Shown: positions 27,859 through 37,043 of the stretch, piece by piece
Numbering within the stretch: position 1 is the first letter of the stretch
Layout of the letters: each line of letters begins with the position of its first letter
NCBI GenBank assembly: GCA_036679645.1
Contig: JAZDCY010000012.1
Coordinates: forward strand, 1-64,000
DNA length: 64,000 nucleotides
Source: Gemmatimonadota bacterium
Lineage (GTDB): Bacteria > Gemmatimonadota > Gemmatimonadetes > Gemmatimonadales > GWC2-71-9
Direction: 5' to 3'
The notes under the pieces: model-generated
Databases searched by the model: none
Told to the model about the DNA's origin: nothing
What the model saw: only the letters and a program-made list of their open reading frames with translations
Made by a program: the position numbers and the translations under genes

Positions 27859-28851
27859 TCAGACCGTCGGGGGCTCGAATTTGTTGGAGGACAGGGACGC
27901 GTAAGCAGCAAACGCGATCGCCATGTCACGCCGCGCAATGGCTAGCGACATGAGTGGTTCGCGATCCTCACGTACTGACGCGATGAACTCCTTCAGCATG
28001 GCGCGATATCCCATGATGTCCAGCAGTCCGGGAATGCGGAAGCGCTTGCGACGCCCCAACACGAGCGCCCACAGGCCGTTGCTCTCGAACGTGATGTTCC
28101 CATGCGTTCCGAAAATCCTGGATACCTGCAAGCCGCCAATCCGGTTTCTCGTGTTCCACGAGTGGAGTAGTTTCCCGACGGCGCCGTTCTCGAACTTGAT
28201 CAGCACTTCGAGGTTGTCCTCGAGCGGCGCGTGCAACGGTCCGGACGTCCGCGGTTGCGCCGCTATGACCTCGCTGGCGGGCCCTCCCAATCCGACAATC
28301 AGATTGATCCAGTGCACGCCTCCCTCCAGGAGCGCGCCCCCTCCCATCAACTCGGCATCAGTGCGCCACCCTGTCGGGCGATTCGAGCCGGCCTTGTTCA
28401 CCTCAATAAAAAGCGGATCCCCCACGTCGCCGGCGTCCAGATGAGTGCGGAGCACTCGGGCAAGCGGCTTGAAGTGGTAGTTCTCCGCGACCATGCACTG
28501 TACGCCGGCCTGCGTTACCGCACGCTCCACTTCGGTCAATTCGTCCAGGTTGCGCGTGACCGGCTTCTCAATGAGCATCGGCTTGCGCTGTGCCGCAGCC
28601 AGGCGCGCGTGCGCGAGGTGGAAGGCATGAGGTGTGCAAATGAACACGGCATCGATGTCAGCCGAGGTGCAGGCCTCCTCGTAACTGCCGAACGCCCGCA
28701 CGCCGTTGAAACTACGCCGGTACTCCTCTGCCCGGGTGAGCGAACGGCTTGCATAGGAAAGTCTGACGTGAGACTGGAGCGTGCGAGCAATGCGACTGTG
28801 CAACCGTGCGATCGCTCCACACCCGAGGATACACAGACTGAGCGGCTTCAC
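27859..28851 (-). CDS. Gfo/Idh/MocA-family NAD(P)-dependent oxidoreductase
   Basis: GCGAIA, AVFICTPHAFH, IEKPV, GGGALLEGGVHW; GTG overlaps upstream TGA. Confidence 0.9.
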   Translation of the reverse strand: MKPLSLCILGCGAIARLHSRIARTLQSHVRLSYASRSLTRAEEYRRSFNGVRAFGSYEEACTSADIDAVFICTPHAFHLAHARLAAAQRKPMLIEKPVTRNLDELTEVERAVTQAGVQCMVAENYHFKPLARVLRTHLDAGDVGDPLFIEVNKAGSNRPTGWRTDAELMGGGALLEGGVHWINLIVGLGGPASEVIAAQPRTSGPLHAPLEDNLEVLIKFENGAVGKLLHSWNTRNRIGGLQVSRIFGTHGNITFESNGLWALVLGRRKRFRIPGLLDIMGYRAMLKEFIASVREDREPLMSLAIARRDMAIAFAAYASLSSNKFEPPTV

Positions 28852-30434
28852 TGCGCCTTCGGTCGCGTCACCTCGGCCCACTCGCGGGCAATGTGCTCAC
28901 CGACCCGTAACCCGTTGGCCGCCACCGTGAGACTCGGGTTGACGGCGCCGGCGGTCGGCATGAAGCTCGCGTCGACCACAAAGAGGTTGGGCAACCCGAA
29001 GAACCGGCAGTGGTGATCTAGCACCGCCTCCGCAGGATCGGTACCCGCCCGGCAGGTCCCAAGGGCGTGCGAGAACGTCTTCACGGCAATGCGGATCCAC
29101 GCCCACGCACCTGCTTTCCGCATTATGCGAACGCCCTCACGTGAGAGAGCACGCCGTCGCCGACGATCATCTCGATGGTGCCGATACCGCACGCTGGCGA
29201 TGCGCTGCCCATATGGGTCGACCTTGCTGGAGTGCAGCGACACGTGATTCGATACCTGAGGGACGTCCTCGCTGATACAGAGAAAGAAAATGTTGTAGTG
29301 ATAGCTGCGCGGCCCGATGACACTGATTGGGAACGGTCCTGTCTTGATGAACTCGGGAGGTGGCACCTGCAGACTCTGCAACATGCCCCATGGGCCGCGC
29401 GGTCGTCCGCCGTTCGAGCTCCCAAAGTAGAAATCTGTGATTGCGAGCTGCTTGTGGAACTCGTTTTCCGGATTGGTCTTCTCCGAAAAGAAGCCGGCCA
29501 CGATGCCATTACAGTGTCGCATGAGATACCGGCCCACGAGCCTGCCGTTGGGCTCCATCTCGCCGAGTCCGGATGCGAGCAGCAATCGCGGAGAACTGAT
29601 GGCGCCACCACTCACGACCGCGACACCGCACGACGCGGTCTCGGGTCTCCCCGTCCGCACGTCGATGTACTCCACGGCCGTGATGCGTCCACCCGATCGG
29701 ACTAGGCGCGTGGCGACCACCTGGTCCTTGATCGTGGCGCCAAGGCGAATGGCCTCCGGGAGCAGCGTCACGGCGAGGTCGTTCTTCGCACCGAGCTTGC
29801 ACGGGTATGAATCGCACGTCAGACACTTGATGCACTTGCCCGACCCGCTGTTCCGGCCACCATTGAAGTTGATCGCGAGTGGGATTGGGAAGGGCTTGAG
29901 ACCAAGCTCGAGACTTGCCTCCGCGAGACGCCGGGCGGGCGAGGCGAATGCGGGCGGCGACGCGACGTAGTCTGTGGCGCGTGGCGGCTCGTTCGGGTCC
30001 AGGCCGCAGACGCCCGCGACACCCAGTTTCTCCTCTGCCTGATCGTAGTACGGGGCGAGATCGTCGTATGCGAACGGCCAATCGACAAACCCTTCCGGCA
30101 GCACACTATCCACACCGCGGCTGCGACGTCGGAAATCATCCTCTCGCAGCCTGAACGACGCACCGCCATAGAATACCGAATTGCCGCCGACTGATTGATT
30201 CGGGTAAACCAGTCCAGCGCGCAAGACCTGATTGGCCGCGTACGGCGTCTGGCCGCGATACTTCTGATCGATGTGGATCGCTCGCGTGCTCCAGGCCGTG
30301 TCGTCGCGATCGACCCACCTCCCGCGTTCGAGCACCAAGACGGACATGCCCGCGGCAGCAAGTTTGAGCGCGACCGTGCTGCCGCCGAACCCCGTCCCGA
30401 TGACGATCGCGTCCCAGTGCGTGGGGAGCGTCAT
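28848..30434 (-). CDS. GMC-family FAD oxidoreductase with Cys-rich Fe-S motif
   Basis: IGTGFGG, LERG, VGGNSVFYGG, WPFAYDDLAPYYD, CIKCLTCDSYPC, HALGTCR, VDASFMPT...NPSLT. Confidence 0.9.
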   Translation of the reverse strand: MTLPTHWDAIVIGTGFGGSTVALKLAAAGMSVLVLERGRWVDRDDTAWSTRAIHIDQKYRGQTPYAANQVLRAGLVYPNQSVGGNSVFYGGASFRLREDDFRRRSRGVDSVLPEGFVDWPFAYDDLAPYYDQAEEKLGVAGVCGLDPNEPPRATDYVASPPAFASPARRLAEASLELGLKPFPIPLAINFNGGRNSGSGKCIKCLTCDSYPCKLGAKNDLAVTLLPEAIRLGATIKDQVVATRLVRSGGRITAVEYIDVRTGRPETASCGVAVVSGGAISSPRLLLASGLGEMEPNGRLVGRYLMRHCNGIVAGFFSEKTNPENEFHKQLAITDFYFGSSNGGRPRGPWGMLQSLQVPPPEFIKTGPFPISVIGPRSYHYNIFFLCISEDVPQVSNHVSLHSSKVDPYGQRIASVRYRHHRDDRRRRRALSREGVRIMRKAGAWAWIRIAVKTFSHALGTCRAGTDPAEAVLDHHCRFFGLPNLFVVDASFMPTAGAVNPSLTVAANGLRVGEHIAREWAEVTRPKAQ

Positions 30435-30497
30435 TACGCCCTAGGCCGTTCGGCGCTTACGTCGCCTGCACGGCCATCCAGTGAAACCGCGTGGACA

Positions 30498-30953
30498 TCA
30501 CGCACTGATGGCGTACAGTCGATATGCGAAGAAAAGGAGGACGGCACCCTCCAGAACCCACGACATGGGCTGTCTGTAGTACCCTGCGAACATCTCCCAT
30601 CCCCAGTACCCTGTGTCCTGAAAGAGGCTGAGAGTGTACTTCCTTTTTGACAGCGGCCACAAGAGCGGTTGCCCGACCGTGCTGCCGATATCCGCGAGGT
30701 AGTGGGTGAGGAGCGCCACGAACGCGAACGGGGCGTAATGCGGAGCGACTGCGTACACGACTCCGGTCACCACGAACGCGAACAGCAGATTGTGCGTAAC
30801 GGTACAGTGAAACGATGGCTTGGCGAGCCCTGCTTTCACCACGAGGGAATCGGCGTTCGGGAGAAAATGCACTGCCAGACAGAAGGCCGCCATCCGCGGA
30901 CTCCAGTCGTACGTGGCTATCGACAGCGCGAGCGGAACGTGGCCAATTTGCAT
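30498..30953 (-). CDS. YdjM-like (LexA-binding inner-membrane) metal-dependent hydrolase
   Basis: N-terminal GH, LPNAD, HCTVTHNL, THYLAD, GQPLLWP; GGAGG SD upstream. Confidence 0.75.
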   Translation of the reverse strand: MQIGHVPLALSIATYDWSPRMAAFCLAVHFLPNADSLVVKAGLAKPSFHCTVTHNLLFAFVVTGVVYAVAPHYAPFAFVALLTHYLADIGSTVGQPLLWPLSKRKYTLSLFQDTGYWGWEMFAGYYRQPMSWVLEGAVLLFFAYRLYAISA

Positions 30954-31171
30954 CCATTATCCTCCATCTTCCCGCTGATTGCTCGGGAAACGAGCGCGCC
31001 CACACCGCAATCCTCCCATCCGACCGATGCGAAGCGGCTCCCATGGCTACCAGAACAGGTATCATTGCTGCTGTAGGGCTCGTTCGAGCGGTGATGCAGT
31101 ACCGCTCAGGCGTGCAAACTTACGAGAGGCGCCACCCGAGGGCAAGCATACTTTGGCGGGGAGCTGACCCG

Positions 31172-32527
31172 TTACGCGGCCCGTACGCCGAGGACCATAA
31201 CCGACCGCATGAGGTACACGAGCGCCGTCACGACACCCCAGCCGAAGACGACGATGAACGCCTCCCAGAGGTGACCCGCGAGGAGTCCCACGACCAGGAC
31301 CATGACGTAGATATTCCGTCGGCCCGCTACCAAGCGGAAGGCGCGGTCGAAGGCGCGGTGATCGTGAACCTCTCGCCCGGTACGCAGCTTGTACACACCC
31401 GAAAGCGCCCGCGAGGCAATCATGACGCCAATCAGCCAAAGGCCGAGACGCCACGCAAGTGCGTGGCCGCTTGACACAGACAACCCCCAGCCCAATGCCA
31501 CATACCAGGAAAACTCGAACGCCACGTCGAGCGTGTGATCCAGTCGCCCTCCCCCTGGACTCATTTGTAGCGTGATACGGGCAAGTTTGCCATCTACACC
31601 ATCCAGGACATCGACGAGCAACGCGAGCACCAATCCCCAACCGAAAACGTGCGACGCAAACAGGTATGTGGCCGTGAACGCGAGGATGCTCGTGAGTATC
31701 GTGACCTGATTGGGCGTGACCCGTGTCCCCGCGAGTGTCCGTGCAAGGAGATTCTCGGGCACCGGGTGCAGATACCGGGCTGGGAAGTCGTTGACGCCCT
31801 TCTGCGCAGCATCCAAGATCAACCGCGCTGCTCGCTTCTGATCTGTCGTCGTGCGCACATCGCACCAGAACGGCCGCAGGTGACGGCGCAAGCTCGGCAA
31901 GTACGTCGGGAGATCACCCACATCGAGCCGGCCGGCTGGTTCGAGGACGCTGGCAACCAGTGCTTCCCAAACCTGCTCTTGGTCAGCCCCCGCCTGGCGC
32001 GACAGCGCGCCGACGTCGAGCCTGGCCAATCCAACGGGGATGGCAGTCGGCCGGGTGGCCTCGCCGCGACCCTGAGGCGAGTCCGCGACCCATCGTGGCT
32101 TCCCCGCCGCCACCACTGCGTCGTAGAGCCGAGGATCGCAAACGGTGCTTCCACGAGCGATGACGATGTGGCCGCATTCGTCGCGCGAGGATGACACGGG
32201 GGAGTCATCGCGCGCGTGGCACGTCATCGTCATGCCGCGAAGCGCCAGCGTTGCGATCTGTCGCGCGCACTCGGCCTCGGCGTCGCGCACATCTTCCCCT
32301 GTCCCCAGCAGCACCATACAGCGCTGCACACCAACCCGATCGAGGTGGAACAGATGACGCTGCAGCGGCGATCGGCCGAGGATCGGCTCCAGCGCTACGG
32401 GCCACCGGGAGCCCGGAAGTCGGTGCGAGTCCACGGTGATCACCGCCATCAACGCGTCGGCCACATCCCGCTCTGCGTCGGCTTTGCTGGCCCCGTATGG
32501 GCTCGCGTGCTCGAGGACGTTTCTCAC
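31172..32527 (-). CDS. CDP-alcohol phosphotransferase with degenerate N-terminal NTP-transferase-like domain
   Basis: VTPNQVT and DVLDGVDGKLARITLQMSPGGGRLDHTLD signature; N-terminal ILGRSPLQRHL...RVGV resembles NTP transferases but lacks the LAAGxG motif. Start uncertain. Confidence 0.85.
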   Translation of the reverse strand: MRNVLEHASPYGASKADAERDVADALMAVITVDSHRLPGSRWPVALEPILGRSPLQRHLFHLDRVGVQRCMVLLGTGEDVRDAEAECARQIATLALRGMTMTCHARDDSPVSSSRDECGHIVIARGSTVCDPRLYDAVVAAGKPRWVADSPQGRGEATRPTAIPVGLARLDVGALSRQAGADQEQVWEALVASVLEPAGRLDVGDLPTYLPSLRRHLRPFWCDVRTTTDQKRAARLILDAAQKGVNDFPARYLHPVPENLLARTLAGTRVTPNQVTILTSILAFTATYLFASHVFGWGLVLALLVDVLDGVDGKLARITLQMSPGGGRLDHTLDVAFEFSWYVALGWGLSVSSGHALAWRLGLWLIGVMIASRALSGVYKLRTGREVHDHRAFDRAFRLVAGRRNIYVMVLVVGLLAGHLWEAFIVVFGWGVVTALVYLMRSVMVLGVRAA

Positions 32528-32573
32528 ACTACGAGCTCCAACGCGTAGCGCGTGCTCACCGCTCCTCTGCGCA

Positions 32574-34973
32574 CTAGAGACTCCGCCGCTGCTTCCTCGT
32601 CTCGAGCACCTGCAAGAGGCTCGGCAGTGCGATGACCGCGGTGGCGAATGTCGCCGCGATGCCGATGACTGCCAAATAGCCGATCGAGTTGAGGCCCGGA
32701 TGCGTCGCCATGATGAGTCCTGAATAGCCCACGATTGTCGTCAGCGTCGTCATGGTGATCGCCCGCCCGGTTCGGCGCAAGACAATCGCGACCGATCCGG
32801 GGCCTTCCTCGAGGTATCGATGATAGATGTGGACACCGTTATCGACACCGATGCCGACGACACTGGGCAAAACTACGACGTTGAAAAAATTGAGCTTCAT
32901 ACCAACCAGAAACATCACGCCCCCCATCCACACGAAACCCACCGCCAGAGGCAACATCACCAACAGGCTTGCCTTCACGCTCCGGAAATCCAGCCCCACG
33001 AGGACGAACACGGCGATCGCAGCCAGGCCAAGGGCCAGCTTGCCCTCCCGAATCATCAGGAGCAGCATGTCGGCCGAGATGATGTTTGAACTCGCGGCGT
33101 GGAACACCTTGCCGGACTCGGTCGTAATCGTACCGATGTCGTTCCGAAACGCGATCGCTTGGCGACCATCCCGCAGCGAGACGCTGGGGTAGATGAAGAC
33201 GAAGTTACCGATCTCACCGCGCGTGTCGATGAACTGGCGCTTGTCTTCCGCCGGGAACTCATCCCACGTGAACGGCGCATCAACCTGCACGTAGGCAGCG
33301 AGGCGCTCGAGGCGCATCTTGTCTTCGCCCTCGAGTACCCCTTCGGCCTCGTCCTCCACGAGCGTGCGGATGGCGCGGATTGTCTCGAGTCGCTGCGTCT
33401 GGTCGTCGGGAACGAGCGAGAAGATGGATCGCACGCTTGCGACGGTCGGAGAGATCGTGTCCGCCACCATGATCTCGCGGACGGCGGCCACGATTTCCTC
33501 GACCTCATCGCGCGAGTCCGCGAGAACGACGGCCGGCGACTCGGACCGCGAGAACACACCCTGCGTCTTTTCGCCGACGATCTGCCGCTCCGGCGTCATG
33601 GCTCGGAGGTTGGTGAAATCGTACTCGAACCCCACGCGGGTAGACAGGTAGGCAGCCAGCACCGTCACCAACACGGCGAGTGACAGAAGCGGCACGGCGA
33701 ATCGGATCCCGCGCCCCTCCAGTTGCGGTTCCGTGCGCGCTACGACCGGTGCTACGCGAAGTACACCAACCCGCTCGGCCAGAATGATGAACGCAGGAAG
33801 GACGAACACCATCCCGATGAATGCGAAGAGCACTCCCACGCCCGCGATGAACCCGAGATGCGCGAATCCCTTGAAATCCATGAACAGCAACAGGAGGAAT
33901 CCAGCTGCGGTTGTCACCGCAGTAGTGGCGACCGCCGTGCCCGTCTGGCAGACCATCTTGTCGATGGCATCCCTCAGATTCAACCCTGACCGGCGGCTCT
34001 CCTTGTAGCGGGCAAATGTATGGATCCCATAGTCAATACCAAGTCCGAACAGGATGACGAAAAGGAAGCCGGTAATGGTGTTGAGTTCGCCGATCACCAG
34101 GTACGTCAGCCCGAACGTCCAGGCGATGGAGAGCCCCAGGCTCACCGATACGAGTGCCGCTCCAACAAAGCTGCGGAAAAAGATGACGATCAGGAGGAAT
34201 ACGCCCCCGATGCCATACAGTGCCGTGCCGAGGATATCGCTCTTCACGACCTCATATTCGTCCAGCCGGTTCTTGAGGTTCCCGCCGTAGTACACGTTGA
34301 GGTCGGCGGCGTACTGGGCGCGGTCCAGGGATTCGACGGCGCCTCGCACCTCCGCGAGCATGTCTTGGATGAACTGCAACCCCGACCTACCTTCAGCCGG
34401 AAAGACTTCGATGACGAGAACGGTGCTATCTGCGTTGGTATTGAATGCCCGCGGTTGCCGCCCCTCGTACCGCTCTTCCCATCCGGCCAACTCGTCCTCA
34501 TTGGTCCCGGCGTCTTCCTCACCGAACAGGTCATCGATGAGAAACGGATTGAGTGCCTGTTTGCGCGACGTGATGGTTCTTTCAATCGCATCATAGAGAG
34601 AATCGAGCGTTTCCTCGTCGAGGAACAGCAGCGCATTTCGCCGATAGAACGCAACATCGTTCTCATAGTCCACATAGCTAATGAGGGGACTGGCGAGGAA
34701 TCGCGGCTCCAGGTCCCGTGCAAACCGCACCGCGGCCTCGAGATCCGCCGTTTCCAGCACCACGCGCAGACGACCCGAGCCCCCGACTTCCTGCCGCATG
34801 TGCTCGAGCGCCTGGACGCTCGGGAAGTCATCTGGCAGCAAGGCCTCGAGGTCACTCCTCAGGGACAGGCGCGACGTGAGGTATGACCCCACGACCGCGG
34901 CGAGGAACGCCGCGATCAGGATGTGTTTGTAGTATCGAAAGAGCTTATCGCACAGATGGGGTATGCGGAGCAC
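32574..34973 (-). CDS. MMPL/HpnN-like RND transporter
   Basis: SDLEALLP, two repeats ending GLGIDYGIH and GIGVDNGVH, about 12 TMs. Confidence 0.9.
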   Translation of the reverse strand: MLRIPHLCDKLFRYYKHILIAAFLAAVVGSYLTSRLSLRSDLEALLPDDFPSVQALEHMRQEVGGSGRLRVVLETADLEAAVRFARDLEPRFLASPLISYVDYENDVAFYRRNALLFLDEETLDSLYDAIERTITSRKQALNPFLIDDLFGEEDAGTNEDELAGWEERYEGRQPRAFNTNADSTVLVIEVFPAEGRSGLQFIQDMLAEVRGAVESLDRAQYAADLNVYYGGNLKNRLDEYEVVKSDILGTALYGIGGVFLLIVIFFRSFVGAALVSVSLGLSIAWTFGLTYLVIGELNTITGFLFVILFGLGIDYGIHTFARYKESRRSGLNLRDAIDKMVCQTGTAVATTAVTTAAGFLLLLFMDFKGFAHLGFIAGVGVLFAFIGMVFVLPAFIILAERVGVLRVAPVVARTEPQLEGRGIRFAVPLLSLAVLVTVLAAYLSTRVGFEYDFTNLRAMTPERQIVGEKTQGVFSRSESPAVVLADSRDEVEEIVAAVREIMVADTISPTVASVRSIFSLVPDDQTQRLETIRAIRTLVEDEAEGVLEGEDKMRLERLAAYVQVDAPFTWDEFPAEDKRQFIDTRGEIGNFVFIYPSVSLRDGRQAIAFRNDIGTITTESGKVFHAASSNIISADMLLLMIREGKLALGLAAIAVFVLVGLDFRSVKASLLVMLPLAVGFVWMGGVMFLVGMKLNFFNVVVLPSVVGIGVDNGVHIYHRYLEEGPGSVAIVLRRTGRAITMTTLTTIVGYSGLIMATHPGLNSIGYLAVIGIAATFATAVIALPSLLQVLETRKQRRSL

Positions 34974-35014
34974 TGCGATGTCTGTTTCCCGTTAGAAAAG
35001 GCGAGTGGGCACGT

Positions 35015-35653
35015 TTAGGGCCCTTGCTCCAGTCGGCGAACGAGTTTGGCGTACATGTCTTGGTATGAGCTTCCACGAATTTCTCGGTAGAACGAATCCC
35101 GGTAGTTCCTCGTCGTACTTGCACCGTCTACAACAACGTCATAGACCTTCCACTCGCTGTCGATCTGGTGCATGAGATACACGATCTCGACGGACCTGTC
35201 CCCTTTGTACGCGAGCGTCGTGACGCGCACGTTCTCCCCGCGCTCTTCCGGTTCCTGGTACTCCACCCGGTCCGCCTGATAGACCTCGAGTTTCCTCACC
35301 GAAGAATTGCGTACCAGTTGACGAAACACGCGGACGAAATCAGATCGCTCCTGGTCGGTCCGCTCATCCCAATACCTGCCGAGGGCGCGCCGGGAAAACG
35401 TCTCGAAATCGATGAACCCGTTGATGACGTCCTTGAGTTGTTCTCGGGTCTCGTCACTCACCTCGTCGCCCGCTGCGTTGACGATCTCCGTTACGGCATC
35501 GTTGCGGGATCTAATCATGTCGACCGGCGACTGCATGACGGCCCCTACGCTATTCGGCACCGTCAGGCCCAGTACGAGGCTCGCCACACGCCACCCGACG
35601 AGCCGATGGTTTCTGGGCATCATGGAATAAAGCGTCGGCTCGCGAATGGACAT
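35015..35653 (-). CDS. MlaC/Ttg2D (HpnM-like) periplasmic lipid-binding protein
   Basis: IDFETFSRRALGRYW...QERSDFV, WKVYDVVVDGAS...NYR..F; signal peptide. Start may be a downstream ATG. Confidence 0.85.
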   Translation of the reverse strand: MSIREPTLYSMMPRNHRLVGWRVASLVLGLTVPNSVGAVMQSPVDMIRSRNDAVTEIVNAAGDEVSDETREQLKDVINGFIDFETFSRRALGRYWDERTDQERSDFVRVFRQLVRNSSVRKLEVYQADRVEYQEPEERGENVRVTTLAYKGDRSVEIVYLMHQIDSEWKVYDVVVDGASTTRNYRDSFYREIRGSSYQDMYAKLVRRLEQGP

Positions 35654-35656
35654 TCG

Positions 35657-37030
35657 TCAGTTGGGGTAGAGGTCGCGCCCAATGGCCCTACTCAGGGCCG
35701 CCAGCGCGGTGTTGAACGTGTAGATGTTCTCCGCGTGTGCCGCCCGCATCTCGCCGTTGGCCCGGAAAGCGTCAATGAAGTCCTTGATATCACCAACTCC
35801 GAGGTCGAACGTCTGTGCCTCGGAACGCAGCCAGTTCCCACTCGCTCGCAGTGCCCGTGCGCTCTCGCTGATGTCCGTTTCGGCGCGGCGCGCGGCGAGG
35901 AACGCCTTCTCGACGTCGAGTCGAATCTGCGCGTCCAGCAGCGGCGCGCGGGCAACCAGCGCCTCCTGCTCGAAGCGCGCCATTCTCACACGATCCCGCG
36001 TCTGAAGGAAGTTGAGATTCCAACTCAGGCCCACTACCACCGCCGGTCGGAAGAAGTTCGTCGGGTTATAGACGAACGGGTTGCGCGAATCGAATCGATC
36101 CGCCGCGCGGTTCATCTTTACTTGCGCGCCGAGAAAGAGCTGGGGTCGGAAGTCTCCCGCCAGCGAGCCTGCCAGGGAGGACCGCGCGCTAATGCCGGCT
36201 TGGAGTTGGTCGACCTCGGGCCGGCTTCGGTGCGCAAGCTCGATGTAGGCCGAGAGACTGTCCAGCGCAACGTCGAGCCGCGTCAGTGATTGGGTTCCGA
36301 GACCAATCGGGACATCGGCGGCGATCCCGAGCGCGGCGCGCAGTGCCGATTCCGCCAACCGAATCCGCTCAACCACCTCGCGGTGACGACTGGCCACCTC
36401 ATATCGGAAAATCTGTAGCTTGAACAGGTCCGTTTGCCGCACGTCGTCGGACCCCTCATCCAGCTTCACCTGCACTGATTCCTGGGCGCTCGTCACCTCC
36501 GCCAGGGCATCTTCGACGATACCTCGGAGCTCGGACGCCAGCAGGAGCCCCCAGTAGAGCTTGCGAACCTGCAGCCGAACCTCGGCCCGCTGCGCCGTCA
36601 CGCCCGCTTCCGCCGCGTCCACACCGAAGTCCGCCGCCTCAGTCAGCCCACTCAACCGTCCGAACGTCCACACCGGTTGCACGAGGTTTAGCTCGACTTC
36701 GGTGAACACACGCAGATCGGACAGCCCCGTTGAGGTGTCCGGGGACGTGAGCACGCCCGTCTCCGTGAACACGCCGCGCGCGCGCGGGAGCACCCCCCAC
36801 ACATTCCGGAGGTTGAAGCGCGGCAGAAACCGGGCATGGGACGCCTGCGCGCGCCGTGCCCGTGCGCTCTCGAGGCTCACGTTCGTAGCCGCGAGGAGCG
36901 GGCTGCTCTCGAGCGCCATGCGTTCGGCCTCATGCAGGCTCAACACCAGGGTGTCGGACTCCTGTGCGACACCGACACCGAGCGGAACGACCCATACCAA
37001 GGCGAATCCGACTAGGCACCGAGCGAGCAT
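35657..37030 (-). CDS. TolC-family outer membrane protein
   Basis: Signal peptide, LSLHEAERMAL, QPVWTFGRL, VRKLYWGL, RPEV, FNTALAALSRAIG. Confidence 0.8.
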   Translation of the reverse strand: MLARCLVGFALVWVVPLGVGVAQESDTLVLSLHEAERMALESSPLLAATNVSLESARARRAQASHARFLPRFNLRNVWGVLPRARGVFTETGVLTSPDTSTGLSDLRVFTEVELNLVQPVWTFGRLSGLTEAADFGVDAAEAGVTAQRAEVRLQVRKLYWGLLLASELRGIVEDALAEVTSAQESVQVKLDEGSDDVRQTDLFKLQIFRYEVASRHREVVERIRLAESALRAALGIAADVPIGLGTQSLTRLDVALDSLSAYIELAHRSRPEVDQLQAGISARSSLAGSLAGDFRPQLFLGAQVKMNRAADRFDSRNPFVYNPTNFFRPAVVVGLSWNLNFLQTRDRVRMARFEQEALVARAPLLDAQIRLDVEKAFLAARRAETDISESARALRASGNWLRSEAQTFDLGVGDIKDFIDAFRANGEMRAAHAENIYTFNTALAALSRAIGRDLYPN

Positions 37031-37043
37031 CGCGGTTCCATCG

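Noticed and set aside
30954..31171. Riboswitch or small ORF in the 218-bp gap (also considered 26280-26394 and 42960-43240)
   Set aside because: Only generic GC hairpins; I could not recognise any Rfam consensus. An Infernal search would be needed.
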